Below, in pieces: positions 45,495 through 53,578 of a stretch of DNA of 55,611 nucleotides. Source of the DNA: a virus (lineage: Duplodnaviria > Caudoviricetes); IMG/VR virus record IMGVR_UViG_3300031152_000004, positions 1 through 55,611 of that record; one strand, 5' to 3'. Each line of letters begins with the position of its first letter. Positions within the stretch are counted from its first letter, which is position 1. Made by a program: the position numbers and the translations under genes. The notes beneath the pieces are model-generated. The model did no database searches, was not told where the DNA came from, and saw only the letters and a list, made by a program, of their open reading frames with translations.

Positions 45495-46199
45495 GTGAAG
45501 ATCCCGACCGAGGTCGCGGCAGCTGTCGCCGAGCCGAAGAAGAAGGCCAAGCCGCCCACCCAGATCCTGTTCGGCCGCTGCCGCGACGAGGACGCGAACC
45601 ACGCCGCCTGCCGCGGGGCGATCCGGCAGGGCCGGCCGCCGGTCGTGATCACCTGCAGCTGCCCGAACCACGAGGGCGAGCCGCCGAAGTGCATCGACTG
45701 CGGTGGGGTCGGTGTGGTTGACTCCGTCACCCGGACCTGCACCGACGTCGAGGGTTGCCTCGAAGCGGTCCGGGCCAAGCAGCGGGACAACCCGCTGCAC
45801 CAGATGCTCCAGGAGGCAGTTGTGGCAGGCCAGGCGACACGCGCGGCGAAGAAGGCCCCAGCCGGCAGCAGTACCCCCCGCCCGCCGCGGGCGAACGGCT
45901 CCGCCCCGCGGTCCAAGGAGGGGCGTTGCCAGCACTGCGGCGACCCGACCAAGGGCGGGCTGTTCGCCCCGGGCCACGACGCGAAGCTGAAGGGCCAGTT
46001 GGCGAAGGTGGTTGAGGACGTCCAGGGCACCCGCAAGGCCGACCGGGTGGTGGCGGCGGCGGAGATGATCGCCCGCGGCTGGGTCAAGAAGGCCCTGCCG
46101 GACGACCTGCTGGCGGACGCGACCGCGATGGTCGAAAAGGCGAAGTCGCCGGCCGAGTTCGCGGCGAAGGTGGCCGCGAAGCGGATCCCGGCACAGTGA
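45495..46199 (+). CDS. Cys-rich protein with CxxCG...FAPGHDAK motif, 234 aa
   Basis: Multiple Cys/His clusters; GTG after GGAGG. Confidence 0.7.
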   Translation: MKIPTEVAAAVAEPKKKAKPPTQILFGRCRDEDANHAACRGAIRQGRPPVVITCSCPNHEGEPPKCIDCGGVGVVDSVTRTCTDVEGCLEAVRAKQRDNPLHQMLQEAVVAGQATRAAKKAPAGSSTPRPPRANGSAPRSKEGRCQHCGDPTKGGLFAPGHDAKLKGQLAKVVEDVQGTRKADRVVAAAEMIARGWVKKALPDDLLADATAMVEKAKSPAEFAAKVAAKRIPAQ

Positions 46200-46294
46200 T
46201 CTGGGCGCTGGTCGCCACCCTGCTGGCATTCGTGCCAGTCGGGGTGGCGTCCTACGCCGATCTGTTGCAGGACCGGCGCGACGCCCGGGCTTGA
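46196..46294 (+). CDS. Membrane micropeptide, 32 aa
   Basis: MIWALVATLLAFVPVGVASYADLLQDRRDARA (GTG start); GTGA overlap. Confidence 0.5.
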   Translation: MIWALVATLLAFVPVGVASYADLLQDRRDARA

Positions 46295-46320
46295 CTCACA
46301 GTCAAGGTGCATGTTAAGAT
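46291..46320 (+). promoter_or_regulatory. Palindrome promoter, leaderless
   Basis: TTGACT-N18-TAAGAT-N6-ATG; TTGACTCACAGTCAA. Confidence 0.75.
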
Positions 46321-46326
46321 TTTCAT

Positions 46327-46449
46327 ATGACAACGAACGAGGCCCGCGACATCGTCAGTGCCAGCAAGTACGCCGCCTGCACCATCCCGGCTGCGACCGT
46401 CAGGTTCGCCAAGGGCGTCCTGATCGCCCGCACCCGCACCGTTCGCTAG
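46327..46449 (+). CDS. Leaderless peptide, 40 aa
   Basis: MTTNEARDIVSASKYAACTIPAATVRFAKGVLIARTRTVR. Confidence 0.55.
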   Translation: MTTNEARDIVSASKYAACTIPAATVRFAKGVLIARTRTVR

Positions 46450-46459
46450 CCGCCCCGCC

Positions 46460-46479
46460 CTCTCCCATCCAAACGGAGG
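46460..46479 (+). repeat. 20-bp start-associated repeat (copy 2)
   Basis: CTCTCCCATCCAAACGGAGG. Confidence 0.8.
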
Positions 46480-46487
46480 CCCCCGAA

Positions 46488-47081
46488 GTGAACGACTCCC
46501 CGCTGGTCGCGACCGGCACCTACACCCCCGGCATCGTCACCTACCACCCTCGCAATGCCTCCCTGCCCGATTCGTTCCGCGTGAAGAAGCTGGCGGACGG
46601 CTCAATCTGGTGCCAGACCGGCCTCGATCTGGCCCTAGGCTGGACCCGCCTGGACCAGGACCACGCGGACGTCGTCGCCCTGGTTGCCTGGGACACCCCC
46701 AGGCGGGAGATCACCGCCCGGTACACCAGTCACATCACCCTGACCGGCCAGCTGGCCGAACCCGAGTACGAGTCGGCGATGGTCGAGGAGGCCCTGAACC
46801 TCGCCGTCATTGGCGTGAACGGCGGTCACGTCTGGGTGGTCCTGCCGATCGAGGGCGGCGATCCGGTCACCCGGAACTCGGAAGACTATCCGACCCCGGA
46901 CGGCCCGGACGAGGTCGGCGACGTCCTGGTCGCCCGCGCGGAGTTCTTCGCCACCAACCCGTCCTTCGAGATCATCCAGACACCGACGCTGTGCCGCTGC
47001 GGCGCAGCCAAGGACTCGACCATCCACACCTCCGGCTACGTCTCGGGCCTGCCCGGGCACACGTACAGCCCGGCATCATGA
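46488..47081 (+). CDS. Hypothetical protein, 197 aa
   Basis: GTG after GGAGG; C-terminal CRCG...H. Confidence 0.65.
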   Translation: MNDSPLVATGTYTPGIVTYHPRNASLPDSFRVKKLADGSIWCQTGLDLALGWTRLDQDHADVVALVAWDTPRREITARYTSHITLTGQLAEPEYESAMVEEALNLAVIGVNGGHVWVVLPIEGGDPVTRNSEDYPTPDGPDEVGDVLVARAEFFATNPSFEIIQTPTLCRCGAAKDSTIHTSGYVSGLPGHTYSPAS

Positions 47082-47269
47082 CGCTAACCGTCGTCGCCCG
47101 GGGGCGGGTCACTTCCGCCACCTGGGCGCCCGTCCCTGACTTGACTGACATCCCCGCGGAGGTCCGGCCGGCGATCGAGCGGCAGGTCGCCCAGCTGAAC
47201 GCTGCCGTCGGCTGGCACCAGTACCAGGTCCGCGAGAACCTCCTGTCGTTCCATGGATGCCTGACATGA
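47078..47269 (+). CDS. Hypothetical protein, 63 aa
   Basis: ATGA overlaps. Confidence 0.5.
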   Translation: MTLTVVARGRVTSATWAPVPDLTDIPAEVRPAIERQVAQLNAAVGWHQYQVRENLLSFHGCLT

Positions 47270-47442
47270 GGCTGGACCTGAAGGAAGCCACCCGCGACGG
47301 TATCTTCGTGCCAGCGGGAGCGGTCAGAGAGATCCTGCGGGCCGCGTACACCGCCGGACACGTCGACGGCTCCGGGTACGACGGGGAACTGCCGCAGGAG
47401 ATGATCGACTGGGACTTCGAGAGGTGGGTCAACCGTGCCTGA
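47266..47442 (+). CDS. Hypothetical protein, 58 aa
   Basis: ATGA overlap; MRLDLKEATRDG. Confidence 0.5.
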   Translation: MRLDLKEATRDGIFVPAGAVREILRAAYTAGHVDGSGYDGELPQEMIDWDFERWVNRA

Positions 47443-47707
47443 AACGCCAATCGACCAATCCGGGCTGATGGCGGCGCAGGACGCCTGCCTGATCGCCATC
47501 AGCGACGACCGCCCCGTACCCGACCGGGAACTACGACAGCTGCCACCCTGGCGAGCCGTCCTGATCGGCCGGGTGGCCAGCCGAGCCGGAGTCCCGCTGG
47601 AATGGGGAACACTGGCCGAATTGGTTGAAGAGGCCACTACCGCTGGCGGGGCCGGCCGACTCGCCCCCCAATACCCCGCCCACCCGAAGAGGGCCACCGA
47701 TGCCTAA
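47435..47707 (+). CDS. Hypothetical protein, 90 aa
   Basis: Overlapping neighbours on both sides. Confidence 0.5.
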   Translation: MPETPIDQSGLMAAQDACLIAISDDRPVPDRELRQLPPWRAVLIGRVASRAGVPLEWGTLAELVEEATTAGGAGRLAPQYPAHPKRATDA

Positions 47708-48596
47708 GATCGCCTACGAGGCGTGCGTCCTGAACCCGGCCAACCTAGCCGTTGCCGAGCAGGCCGCCCAGATCTGCACCGCCTACGCCGCCGACGGGTA
47801 CGACATGTCGCTGCGGCAGCTGTACTACCAGTTCGTATCGCGCGGCCTGCTGGCGAATCGGCAGCAGAACTATGACCGGCTGGGGCGGATCGTCTCGGAC
47901 GCCCGGCTGTGCGGGATCATCGACTGGAACCACATTAGCGACCGTACCCGCTCCCCCGTCATTTGGAACACCTCCGGGACCCCGCAGGAGGAGATTGAGT
48001 CCCTGTCCTCCTCGTACTTCCTGGACCGCTGGCGCGACACCGCGCACCGGGTCGAGATCTGGGTCGAGAAGGAAGCCCTGGCCGGGGTGGTCCAACGCCC
48101 CGCGTCCAACCTGATGGTCTCGTACTTCCCCTGCAAAGGCTACGTCTCCCAGTCGGAGATGTGGCGCGCTGGGCAGCGGCTGCAGCGTTACGCCGCGGGC
48201 GGGCAGGTGCCGGTCGTACTGCACCTGGGGGACCACGACCCGTCCGGGATCGACATGAGCCGGGATATCCAGGACCGGCTACGGACCTTCATGGCCGGGC
48301 ACGCGGACAGCCTGGAGTTCAAGCGGATAGCGCTAAACATGGAGCAGGTCCGGGAGCTGAACCCCCCGCCGAACCCGGCGAAGGTCACGGACTCCCGCTA
48401 CGCGGACTACGTGGCCGAGTACGGCTACGAGTCGTGGGAGCTGGACGCCCTGGACCCGGCTGCTCTTGCAGCGCTGGTCCGCCGGGAGGTCGAGCCGTAC
48501 CGGGACCGGGACGCGGAGGACCTGGTCCTGGCCGAGCAGGCTTCCACCCGCGAACGACTGCGGGACGTCGCGCAGCGCTGGGAGGAGATCGCATAA
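47700..48596 (+). CDS. TopoVI-A/Spo11-like winged-helix plus TOPRIM protein, 298 aa
   Basis: SLRQLYY, EIWVEKEAL, LGDHDPSG, RIAL, WELDAL. Confidence 0.75.
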   Translation: MPKIAYEACVLNPANLAVAEQAAQICTAYAADGYDMSLRQLYYQFVSRGLLANRQQNYDRLGRIVSDARLCGIIDWNHISDRTRSPVIWNTSGTPQEEIESLSSSYFLDRWRDTAHRVEIWVEKEALAGVVQRPASNLMVSYFPCKGYVSQSEMWRAGQRLQRYAAGGQVPVVLHLGDHDPSGIDMSRDIQDRLRTFMAGHADSLEFKRIALNMEQVRELNPPPNPAKVTDSRYADYVAEYGYESWELDALDPAALAALVRREVEPYRDRDAEDLVLAEQASTRERLRDVAQRWEEIA

Positions 48597-49390
48597 TGCC
48601 TAAGCTGCCGGAGAGTGCGGTCCGGTTCTCGGATGCGCAGATGCGGGACGAGCCGGAACTGGTCGCCGCAGCAGTCCGCTACGCCCGGGCGTATGTCGGG
48701 GACTGGGACGTCATGCGCGCGGCCCGGATCCTGGTCGAGCGGACCGGGACGCTACCGGTCGCGGTCGCCCGGACGGTAGCGAACTGCGCCCGCTCGGACC
48801 CCCGGTACGTCCTGAGCGTGGTCGACGTCCAGGCTGGCGTCCAGGACCTGTACGGCAACGTCGTGCCGATCCGGGGCGGCGCCTGCCCGCACCTGCCGCA
48901 CCACCTGAACGACTGCTGCCAGAAGGGCGGGGAGGCTGAAGTGCCGGATTTCCCGTTCCCGTTCCAGTGGCCTCCGACCGACCCACGCCACCAACACGAC
49001 TACAACGCGGCCGGGTACTGCCGCAACCGGACCTGCCACGACGAACCGGAAGGACAGACCCTTCGGGAGCCGTTCCGGCGGATGCGGCGGCTGCGGTTCA
49101 AGCACCGGTACTACTGGTCCACCCACCCCGGAGCCTACCGGGTACACATCCTGGACCCGCGCGAGTCGTACGGGGTCTGGTCGCCCCGCGGCCAGGTCGC
49201 CTCTTACCGGATCTACGGCTGGTGCCACGCGACGGTCAGCCACTGGACCACCGGCAACGAGCCGCCGGCCGGCCGCAGCACCTGCCTGGGGTGCGAGAAG
49301 GCCGAAGCACGGGCGATCTACGAAGTCGCAGCCCAGGTGTTTGTCCCGCAGTCAAACGACGTGGTTAACTCGTCTGGACAGGAGGACTGA
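48596..49390 (+). CDS. Hypothetical Cys/His-rich protein, 264 aa
   Basis: TAATG overlap; MPKLPES. Confidence 0.6.
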   Translation: MPKLPESAVRFSDAQMRDEPELVAAAVRYARAYVGDWDVMRAARILVERTGTLPVAVARTVANCARSDPRYVLSVVDVQAGVQDLYGNVVPIRGGACPHLPHHLNDCCQKGGEAEVPDFPFPFQWPPTDPRHQHDYNAAGYCRNRTCHDEPEGQTLREPFRRMRRLRFKHRYYWSTHPGAYRVHILDPRESYGVWSPRGQVASYRIYGWCHATVSHWTTGNEPPAGRSTCLGCEKAEARAIYEVAAQVFVPQSNDVVNSSGQED

Positions 49391-49471
49391 ATGGGCTGGG
49401 ACCAGCGGCTGGCCATCGTGATGATCGTGGTCGGCCTGGGCTTACTGGCCCTGCTGGCGTGTCGGAAGTGA
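49391..49471 (+). CDS. Membrane micropeptide, 26 aa
   Basis: MGWDQRLAIVMIVVGLGLLALLACRK; AGGAGG RBS. Confidence 0.6.
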   Translation: MGWDQRLAIVMIVVGLGLLALLACRK

Positions 49472-49554
49472 CCATGACCGGGGTGTGCGTGGCCCTGGCC
49501 GCGACCGCCGTGATCTGGGTCATCCTGGACCTGATCGAGAGGAGAAGGAAGTGA
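49468..49554 (+). CDS. Membrane micropeptide, 28 aa
   Basis: MTMTGVCVALAATAVIWVILDLIERRRK; GTGA overlaps on both sides. Confidence 0.55.
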   Translation: MTMTGVCVALAATAVIWVILDLIERRRK

Positions 49555-49913
49555 GCGAGAGCGAAGCGGAGTACGAGGACGGCGGCGTTCCGTCGCCAGT
49601 CCCGCCGTACCTGGAGCGGGAGCACGCGCGGCTGTTGAAGTCGCTGGACCGGCTGGAGGCTCGGATCGAGCGGGTCACCCAGTACGGGCCGGACGTGTTC
49701 GACGACGGCGAGGTCCTGTGGTTCAGGAAGCAGTTCAACCCGCCGTACGGCGCCACCTACACCTACGCGGTCGTGAAGGCCGGCGGGTTCTGGTACACGT
49801 CCGGGCCGAAGGGTGGCGGGGAGCCGCGCAGCTGGACCGACCTGGTCCAGTTCATGTCCGACGGCGTTGAGGCCGTCTACTGGGCGAACGGGTACGAGCA
49901 GGTGCTGCCGTGA
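49551..49913 (+). CDS. Hypothetical protein, 120 aa
   Basis: F.KQF....YTYA..KAG..WY.SG...W..L motif. Confidence 0.65.
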   Translation: MSESEAEYEDGGVPSPVPPYLEREHARLLKSLDRLEARIERVTQYGPDVFDDGEVLWFRKQFNPPYGATYTYAVVKAGGFWYTSGPKGGGEPRSWTDLVQFMSDGVEAVYWANGYEQVLP

Positions 49914-50092
49914 GTCGGTCGAGCTGTTCGGGCCGTGGAATCAGCCGGCTGACCGGGAAGGCCGCGTCGGACCACCCGGGCGTGAACGTCCTGCGGCCGG
50001 TCATCGTCGAACTGAACCCGTGGGAGCCGCGGGCTCGCAGGCGCGGGAAGCGGCGCGGCTACAAGCGGACGCTGCGGTCCAGCCGTGGGTAG
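49910..50092 (+). CDS. Basic hypothetical protein, 60 aa
   Basis: GTGA overlap. Confidence 0.4.
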   Translation: MSRSSCSGRGISRLTGKAASDHPGVNVLRPVIVELNPWEPRARRRGKRRGYKRTLRSSRG

Positions 50093-50249
50093 CTGGCTGC
50101 GCCGTCCGGTCGGTAGGCGTCAGAAGCGCGCCTACCGCAAGCGGACGCTGTCAGGCAGGGCCCAGCCGAACCGGTACCCGCGGCTGGCCCTGCTGTTCGG
50201 GGTCGTGTTCATCGCCCTGCTGATCGGCCGTTCGAAGGGGTGGTGGTAA
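50085..50249 (+). CDS. Basic membrane peptide, 54 aa
   Basis: Arg-rich N-terminus followed by LALLFGVVFIALLIG. Confidence 0.5.
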   Translation: MGSWLRRPVGRRQKRAYRKRTLSGRAQPNRYPRLALLFGVVFIALLIGRSKGWW

Positions 50250-50440
50250 CCGTGGCGATCAAGAGGCTGCCGCAGCAGTTCCGGCTTACCATCGACCTGA
50301 CCCGGGAGGAGGCAGCGGCGCTCGTAGGCGAATTGTGCCCGAACAGCGAGGGCCTGTCCCGCCCCCCAGTGGTGCACCGCCTGTTGGATGAGCTGGAAGA
50401 GATCGCCGTGTTCGACCGGCCCGGAGAGGGAGACGAGTGA
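50240..50440 (+). CDS. Hypothetical protein, about 62-66 aa
   Basis: L.IDLT.EEA.AL motif. Confidence 0.55.
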   Translation: MVVTVAIKRLPQQFRLTIDLTREEAAALVGELCPNSEGLSRPPVVHRLLDELEEIAVFDRPGEGDE

Positions 50441-50616
50441 TGGCCGCTGTCCCAGTACGCCTGGATACCTCCGACGGGTCGGTGGACCTGTACCTGGCCG
50501 CCGTCCCCCGGGTCGGCGAGCACGTCCACTGGAAGGGCGCGGACCACACCGTCCAGCGGGTCATCCACGTAGTTTCCGAACACCCCGCGCACGTCCGGGT
50601 GGTGCTGTCCCCATGA
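50440..50616 (+). CDS. Small beta protein with VPRVG motif, 58 aa
   Basis: MAAVPVRLD...VPRVGEHVHWKG. Confidence 0.55.
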   Translation: MAAVPVRLDTSDGSVDLYLAAVPRVGEHVHWKGADHTVQRVIHVVSEHPAHVRVVLSP

Positions 50617-50801
50617 AGGCCGTATTCACCCAGCCGGGAAACCCTGAGTACGAGCAGACCCGCGGCCTGCGACATGTTCCGCGGGTCGGTGACCTGGTCG
50701 AGCTACTCGGCCGGGTGTACCGGGTCACCGAGGTCCTGTGGACCCCGGACCTGGCCGCGACCGCCGACGCCCGGATCCAGCTGGGGAAGGAGATCAAGTG
50801 A
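50613..50801 (+). CDS. Small beta protein with VPRVG motif, 62 aa
   Basis: MKAVF...VPRVGDLVELLG. Confidence 0.55.
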   Translation: MKAVFTQPGNPEYEQTRGLRHVPRVGDLVELLGRVYRVTEVLWTPDLAATADARIQLGKEIK

Positions 50802-51109
50802 AGGACCACGAGCGCCGCTGGCAGCAGACCGACAACGGCCGGTGGGAGGCCACGCCCGGACCGTCCAAAACCCGCGTGTACGTCATGTCCGACGGGGCGA
50901 TCACGGTCAGCGTAAAGCGGCACGTCCTGGGCGTCGGGGCGGCGCGATGGCTATCGCTGCGGCTGGCCGAGGCCGCAGCCATCGCCGAAACCCTCGCCCC
51001 CACCGAGACCCGACCGCAGCCCACCTACGAGGCCAGCAACCCGGACCCGCCGTCCTCGTTCTACGAGGCCCGGCGGCGACAGTCGGACGCGGGAGGGGAC
51101 CCGGAATGA
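50798..51109 (+). CDS. Hypothetical protein, 103 aa
   Basis: AAGGAG RBS; GTGA overlap. Confidence 0.55.
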   Translation: MKDHERRWQQTDNGRWEATPGPSKTRVYVMSDGAITVSVKRHVLGVGAARWLSLRLAEAAAIAETLAPTETRPQPTYEASNPDPPSSFYEARRRQSDAGGDPE

Positions 51110-51198
51110 AAGACGACTGGATGCTATGGCTGGCGGCCTTCCTGATCTCCGTGGTACTGGTCCTGTGGGTCTGGTCCGCGGTCGGGGGCGGGTTCTGA
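51106..51198 (+). CDS. Membrane micropeptide, 30 aa
   Basis: MKDDWMLWLAAFLISVVLVLWVWSAVGGGF; GGAGG RBS. Confidence 0.6.
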   Translation: MKDDWMLWLAAFLISVVLVLWVWSAVGGGF

Positions 51199-52079
51199 TG
51201 ACCTCCAAGATCGTGACCGTGTCCTACTCGGAACTGTCCACCGGCCGCGACTGCCCGCTGAAACACCACCTGTCCTACCGGCAGCGCTGGACCCGCCCGC
51301 CGGAGGCCGGGTCGCCGCGGGACATCGGCACCACCTGGCACCTGGCCCTGCAGGCGCACTACGAGTCGCTAATGGCCACCCAGGACAGCGACCTGTCCGC
51401 GGGTGAGCGGCTGGCCCTGGCCGTCGATGCAGTCGCACCCGTACTGGGGTCCGGGGGTGGGCCGCAGACCGAGACCCAGGAGTTGGCCGACTGGATGTAC
51501 GCCGGCTACGTCAACCACTACGGGGTCGACCCGAACTGGCGGATCCTGGCGGTTGAGTACGCCCCGGTCGTACCGCTGCTGAACGAGGCCGGGCGACCCA
51601 CCCGCTTCCGGCTGAAGGCCAAGATCGACCTGGTCGTACAGGACCTGTTCACCCGGACCATCGACCTGGTCGACCACAAGGGCAACCAGAACCTGAAGCG
51701 GGAGAAGGAAGTAGACCTGGACGACCAGTTCGGCCTGTACACCTGGATGATGCGGCAGCTGGGCAAGAAGGTCCAGAAGAGCATCTACTCGGGTGCCCGG
51801 ACCCAGCGCAACAAGACCGGCGTGCAGCCCCTGGATACCAGGTTCAAGCGGCTACCGATGTACCGCACCGACGCGGAGCTTACCAACCTGGCGCTGGACG
51901 CCTGGCGCGCAGCGGTGGCCCTGTACCGCAAGGAGATACCGTACTCGTCGCCGGACCCGCTGCAGTGTGGTTGGAAGTGCGACTTCCGGGACGCCCACCT
52001 GCTGATGCGCAAGGGCGTCGCCGCGCCGGAGCGGATCCTGACCGACCTGGGGTTCACCCAAGATTTTACGAGGCACTGA
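51198..52079 (+). CDS. Cas4/RecB-like PD-(D/E)xK exonuclease, 293 aa
   Basis: SYS.L....CP, G...H, E, KIDL, DHK, Q..LY, C..C near the C-terminus. Confidence 0.85.
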   Translation: MTSKIVTVSYSELSTGRDCPLKHHLSYRQRWTRPPEAGSPRDIGTTWHLALQAHYESLMATQDSDLSAGERLALAVDAVAPVLGSGGGPQTETQELADWMYAGYVNHYGVDPNWRILAVEYAPVVPLLNEAGRPTRFRLKAKIDLVVQDLFTRTIDLVDHKGNQNLKREKEVDLDDQFGLYTWMMRQLGKKVQKSIYSGARTQRNKTGVQPLDTRFKRLPMYRTDAELTNLALDAWRAAVALYRKEIPYSSPDPLQCGWKCDFRDAHLLMRKGVAAPERILTDLGFTQDFTRH

Positions 52080-52216
52080 TGTGGATCTCGATAGCGGGTG
52101 CGATCGGCGGCCTACTGGCGTACCTGTCCCTGGACGACCCGACGTGGCGGTTCCTGGGGCTGGCCTGCTGCCTGGCCTGCCTGGGGGTCCTGCTGGCCCT
52201 GTCGGAGCGCAAGTGA
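52079..52216 (+). CDS. Two-TM micropeptide, 45 aa
   Basis: MWISIAGAIGGLLAYL...FLGLACCLACLGVLLALSERK. Confidence 0.55.
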   Translation: MWISIAGAIGGLLAYLSLDDPTWRFLGLACCLACLGVLLALSERK

Positions 52217-52389
52217 TTCGCCCGACCACGCCGATGCTGTCGGAGGTCCGGCGGATTCCGACCGACGAGCTGAACCGGCTGTTAACCACCTGGGCCCGGC
52301 TGACCAGCCCGGCGTTCGCCCGGATCATGGTCTGCCTGGCCCTGGAAGCGGAGAGGAGGAAGTGGAGATATGGCGAAACACCGCGGTAA
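52213..52389 (+). CDS. Hypothetical protein, 58 aa
   Basis: GTGA overlap. Confidence 0.45.
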   Translation: MIRPTTPMLSEVRRIPTDELNRLLTTWARLTSPAFARIMVCLALEAERRKWRYGETPR

Positions 52390-52477
52390 GCGCGGCCCCG
52401 ACTTCTGGTTCTGGGCCGTGGTGCTGGTCGTGTTCGCTCTGGCCCTGGCCGTGGCGGTCGTCGGGAGCCGGGCGTGA
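52370..52477 (+). CDS. Membrane micropeptide, 35 aa
   Basis: MAKHRGKRGPDFWFWAVVLVVFALALAVAVVGSRA. Confidence 0.55.
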   Translation: MAKHRGKRGPDFWFWAVVLVVFALALAVAVVGSRA

Positions 52478-52576
52478 AGCGCGCCAGCGGGGCACAGCGG
52501 CGTAAGCGCGCGAAGATGCGGGTCCGGGTAGAGCAGGCGCGGCAGTGGCTGGCCCGGGTCGCCTGGAGGGGGTTCG

Positions 52577-53023
52577 ATGCCTAAGCAGCCGGGGCGGGTG
52601 TCGAACAAGCCGCAGCCGGTCGACCTGTCGCTGTACCTGGTCGACTCGTGGCAGCTGCCCACCCGCGACGGGGGGCTGTGCGCCGCCGGCTGCGGCCGGA
52701 CGGTCGCCGCTATCTCCCGGTGCAGCGCCATCGTCCCGGCTTCCACCGCCCTGCACCCTTACGGGGACCCGCCGGACGTACCCCGGCCGGCCTGCGTCCT
52801 GTGCGCCTCCCGGGAGAAGGAACACCTGGCCGGCCTGCTGGCGACCTACCTGTCGCCGGTCTGCGCGCACTGCACCCTGGTGGTGGAGACCGGCCGCGGG
52901 CCGCTGTGCCTGGCCGACCGGCCGGTCGCGGTCTACCAGGAGGCGTTCGGGGAGAACGCCTGCAGCCGGCCGCCGGGGCATGGCGGGTCACACCGGAACG
53001 AGCGAGGGGAGGACTGGGAGTGA
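52577..53023 (+). CDS. Cys-rich putative Zn-binding protein, 148 aa
   Basis: CAAGC, CVLC, CAHC, C.RPPGH.GSH; GGAGG RBS. Confidence 0.6.
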   Translation: MPKQPGRVSNKPQPVDLSLYLVDSWQLPTRDGGLCAAGCGRTVAAISRCSAIVPASTALHPYGDPPDVPRPACVLCASREKEHLAGLLATYLSPVCAHCTLVVETGRGPLCLADRPVAVYQEAFGENACSRPPGHGGSHRNERGEDWE

Positions 53024-53193
53024 TCATGGGTGCGACGCGGCTGGGACAGCTGCAGCAGGTCCTGGTCACCTTGGACAAGCTGGAAGCAGAACTGGAGATC
53101 CACGTGACCGGAATCGTCTGGGTCGGGACGGAGCCGATCACCCTGACCCACGACGACCAGCGGCACGTCCTGCTGATGTCCGGGGACTCCTGA
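53020..53193 (+). CDS. Hypothetical protein, 57 aa
   Basis: GTGA overlap; GGAGG RBS. Confidence 0.5.
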   Translation: MIMGATRLGQLQQVLVTLDKLEAELEIHVTGIVWVGTEPITLTHDDQRHVLLMSGDS

Positions 53194-53300
53194 TGGGCGC
53201 CCGGCTGGGCGGCTCGGACCCGGACCCGCAGTGGTGGCTGGCCGTCGCCCTCCTGGCAATATTCACGATCGTGGTCTGGGCGGTATACCTCCGTGCCTAG
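53193..53300 (+). CDS. Membrane micropeptide, 35 aa
   Basis: MGARLGGSDPDPQWWLAVALLAIFTIVVWAVYLRA. Confidence 0.55.
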   Translation: MGARLGGSDPDPQWWLAVALLAIFTIVVWAVYLRA

Positions 53301-53505
53301 GCTGGTCTACCGTCCGACGGTCGGCGGCCGGACGGTTCTGGCGATGACCTGCTCCGGCTGCGGCGTCCTGCTGCCGGGAGACCATTTCGACCGCCGGTCG
53401 CGACTACCCGGCGGGGTCCGGTACATCGACCGGCGGTGCCGGGCCCGGTGCCGTTGGAAGCACATGGAGGGCAACGAGATGGGGAGGCACAGCAACCATG
53501 GATAA
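53293..53505 (+). CDS. Small Zn-finger-like protein, 70 aa
   Basis: CSGCG...F...CRARC. Confidence 0.55.
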   Translation: MPRLVYRPTVGGRTVLAMTCSGCGVLLPGDHFDRRSRLPGGVRYIDRRCRARCRWKHMEGNEMGRHSNHG

Positions 53506-53578
53506 GGCGGGCCTGATCCTGGTCGTCACCGCAGCCGTCCTGCTGTGGGCGGGTACGACCCTGAAGCGCAGGAAGTAA
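53498..53578 (+). CDS. Membrane micropeptide, 26 aa
   Basis: MDKAGLILVVTAAVLLWAGTTLKRRK; GGAGG RBS. Confidence 0.55.
   Translation: MDKAGLILVVTAAVLLWAGTTLKRRK

Noticed and set aside
44708-46333. 541-aa reverse-strand ORF and other long antisense ORFs (e.g. 23421-24767, 25805-27061, 35413-36612)
   Set aside because: Shadow ORFs expected at this GC content, opposite well-supported genes and with no recognisable motifs
51198-52079. Cas4 as evidence of a CRISPR system
   Set aside because: No repeat-spacer array or other cas genes are visible; stand-alone Cas4-like nucleases are common in phage recombination modules
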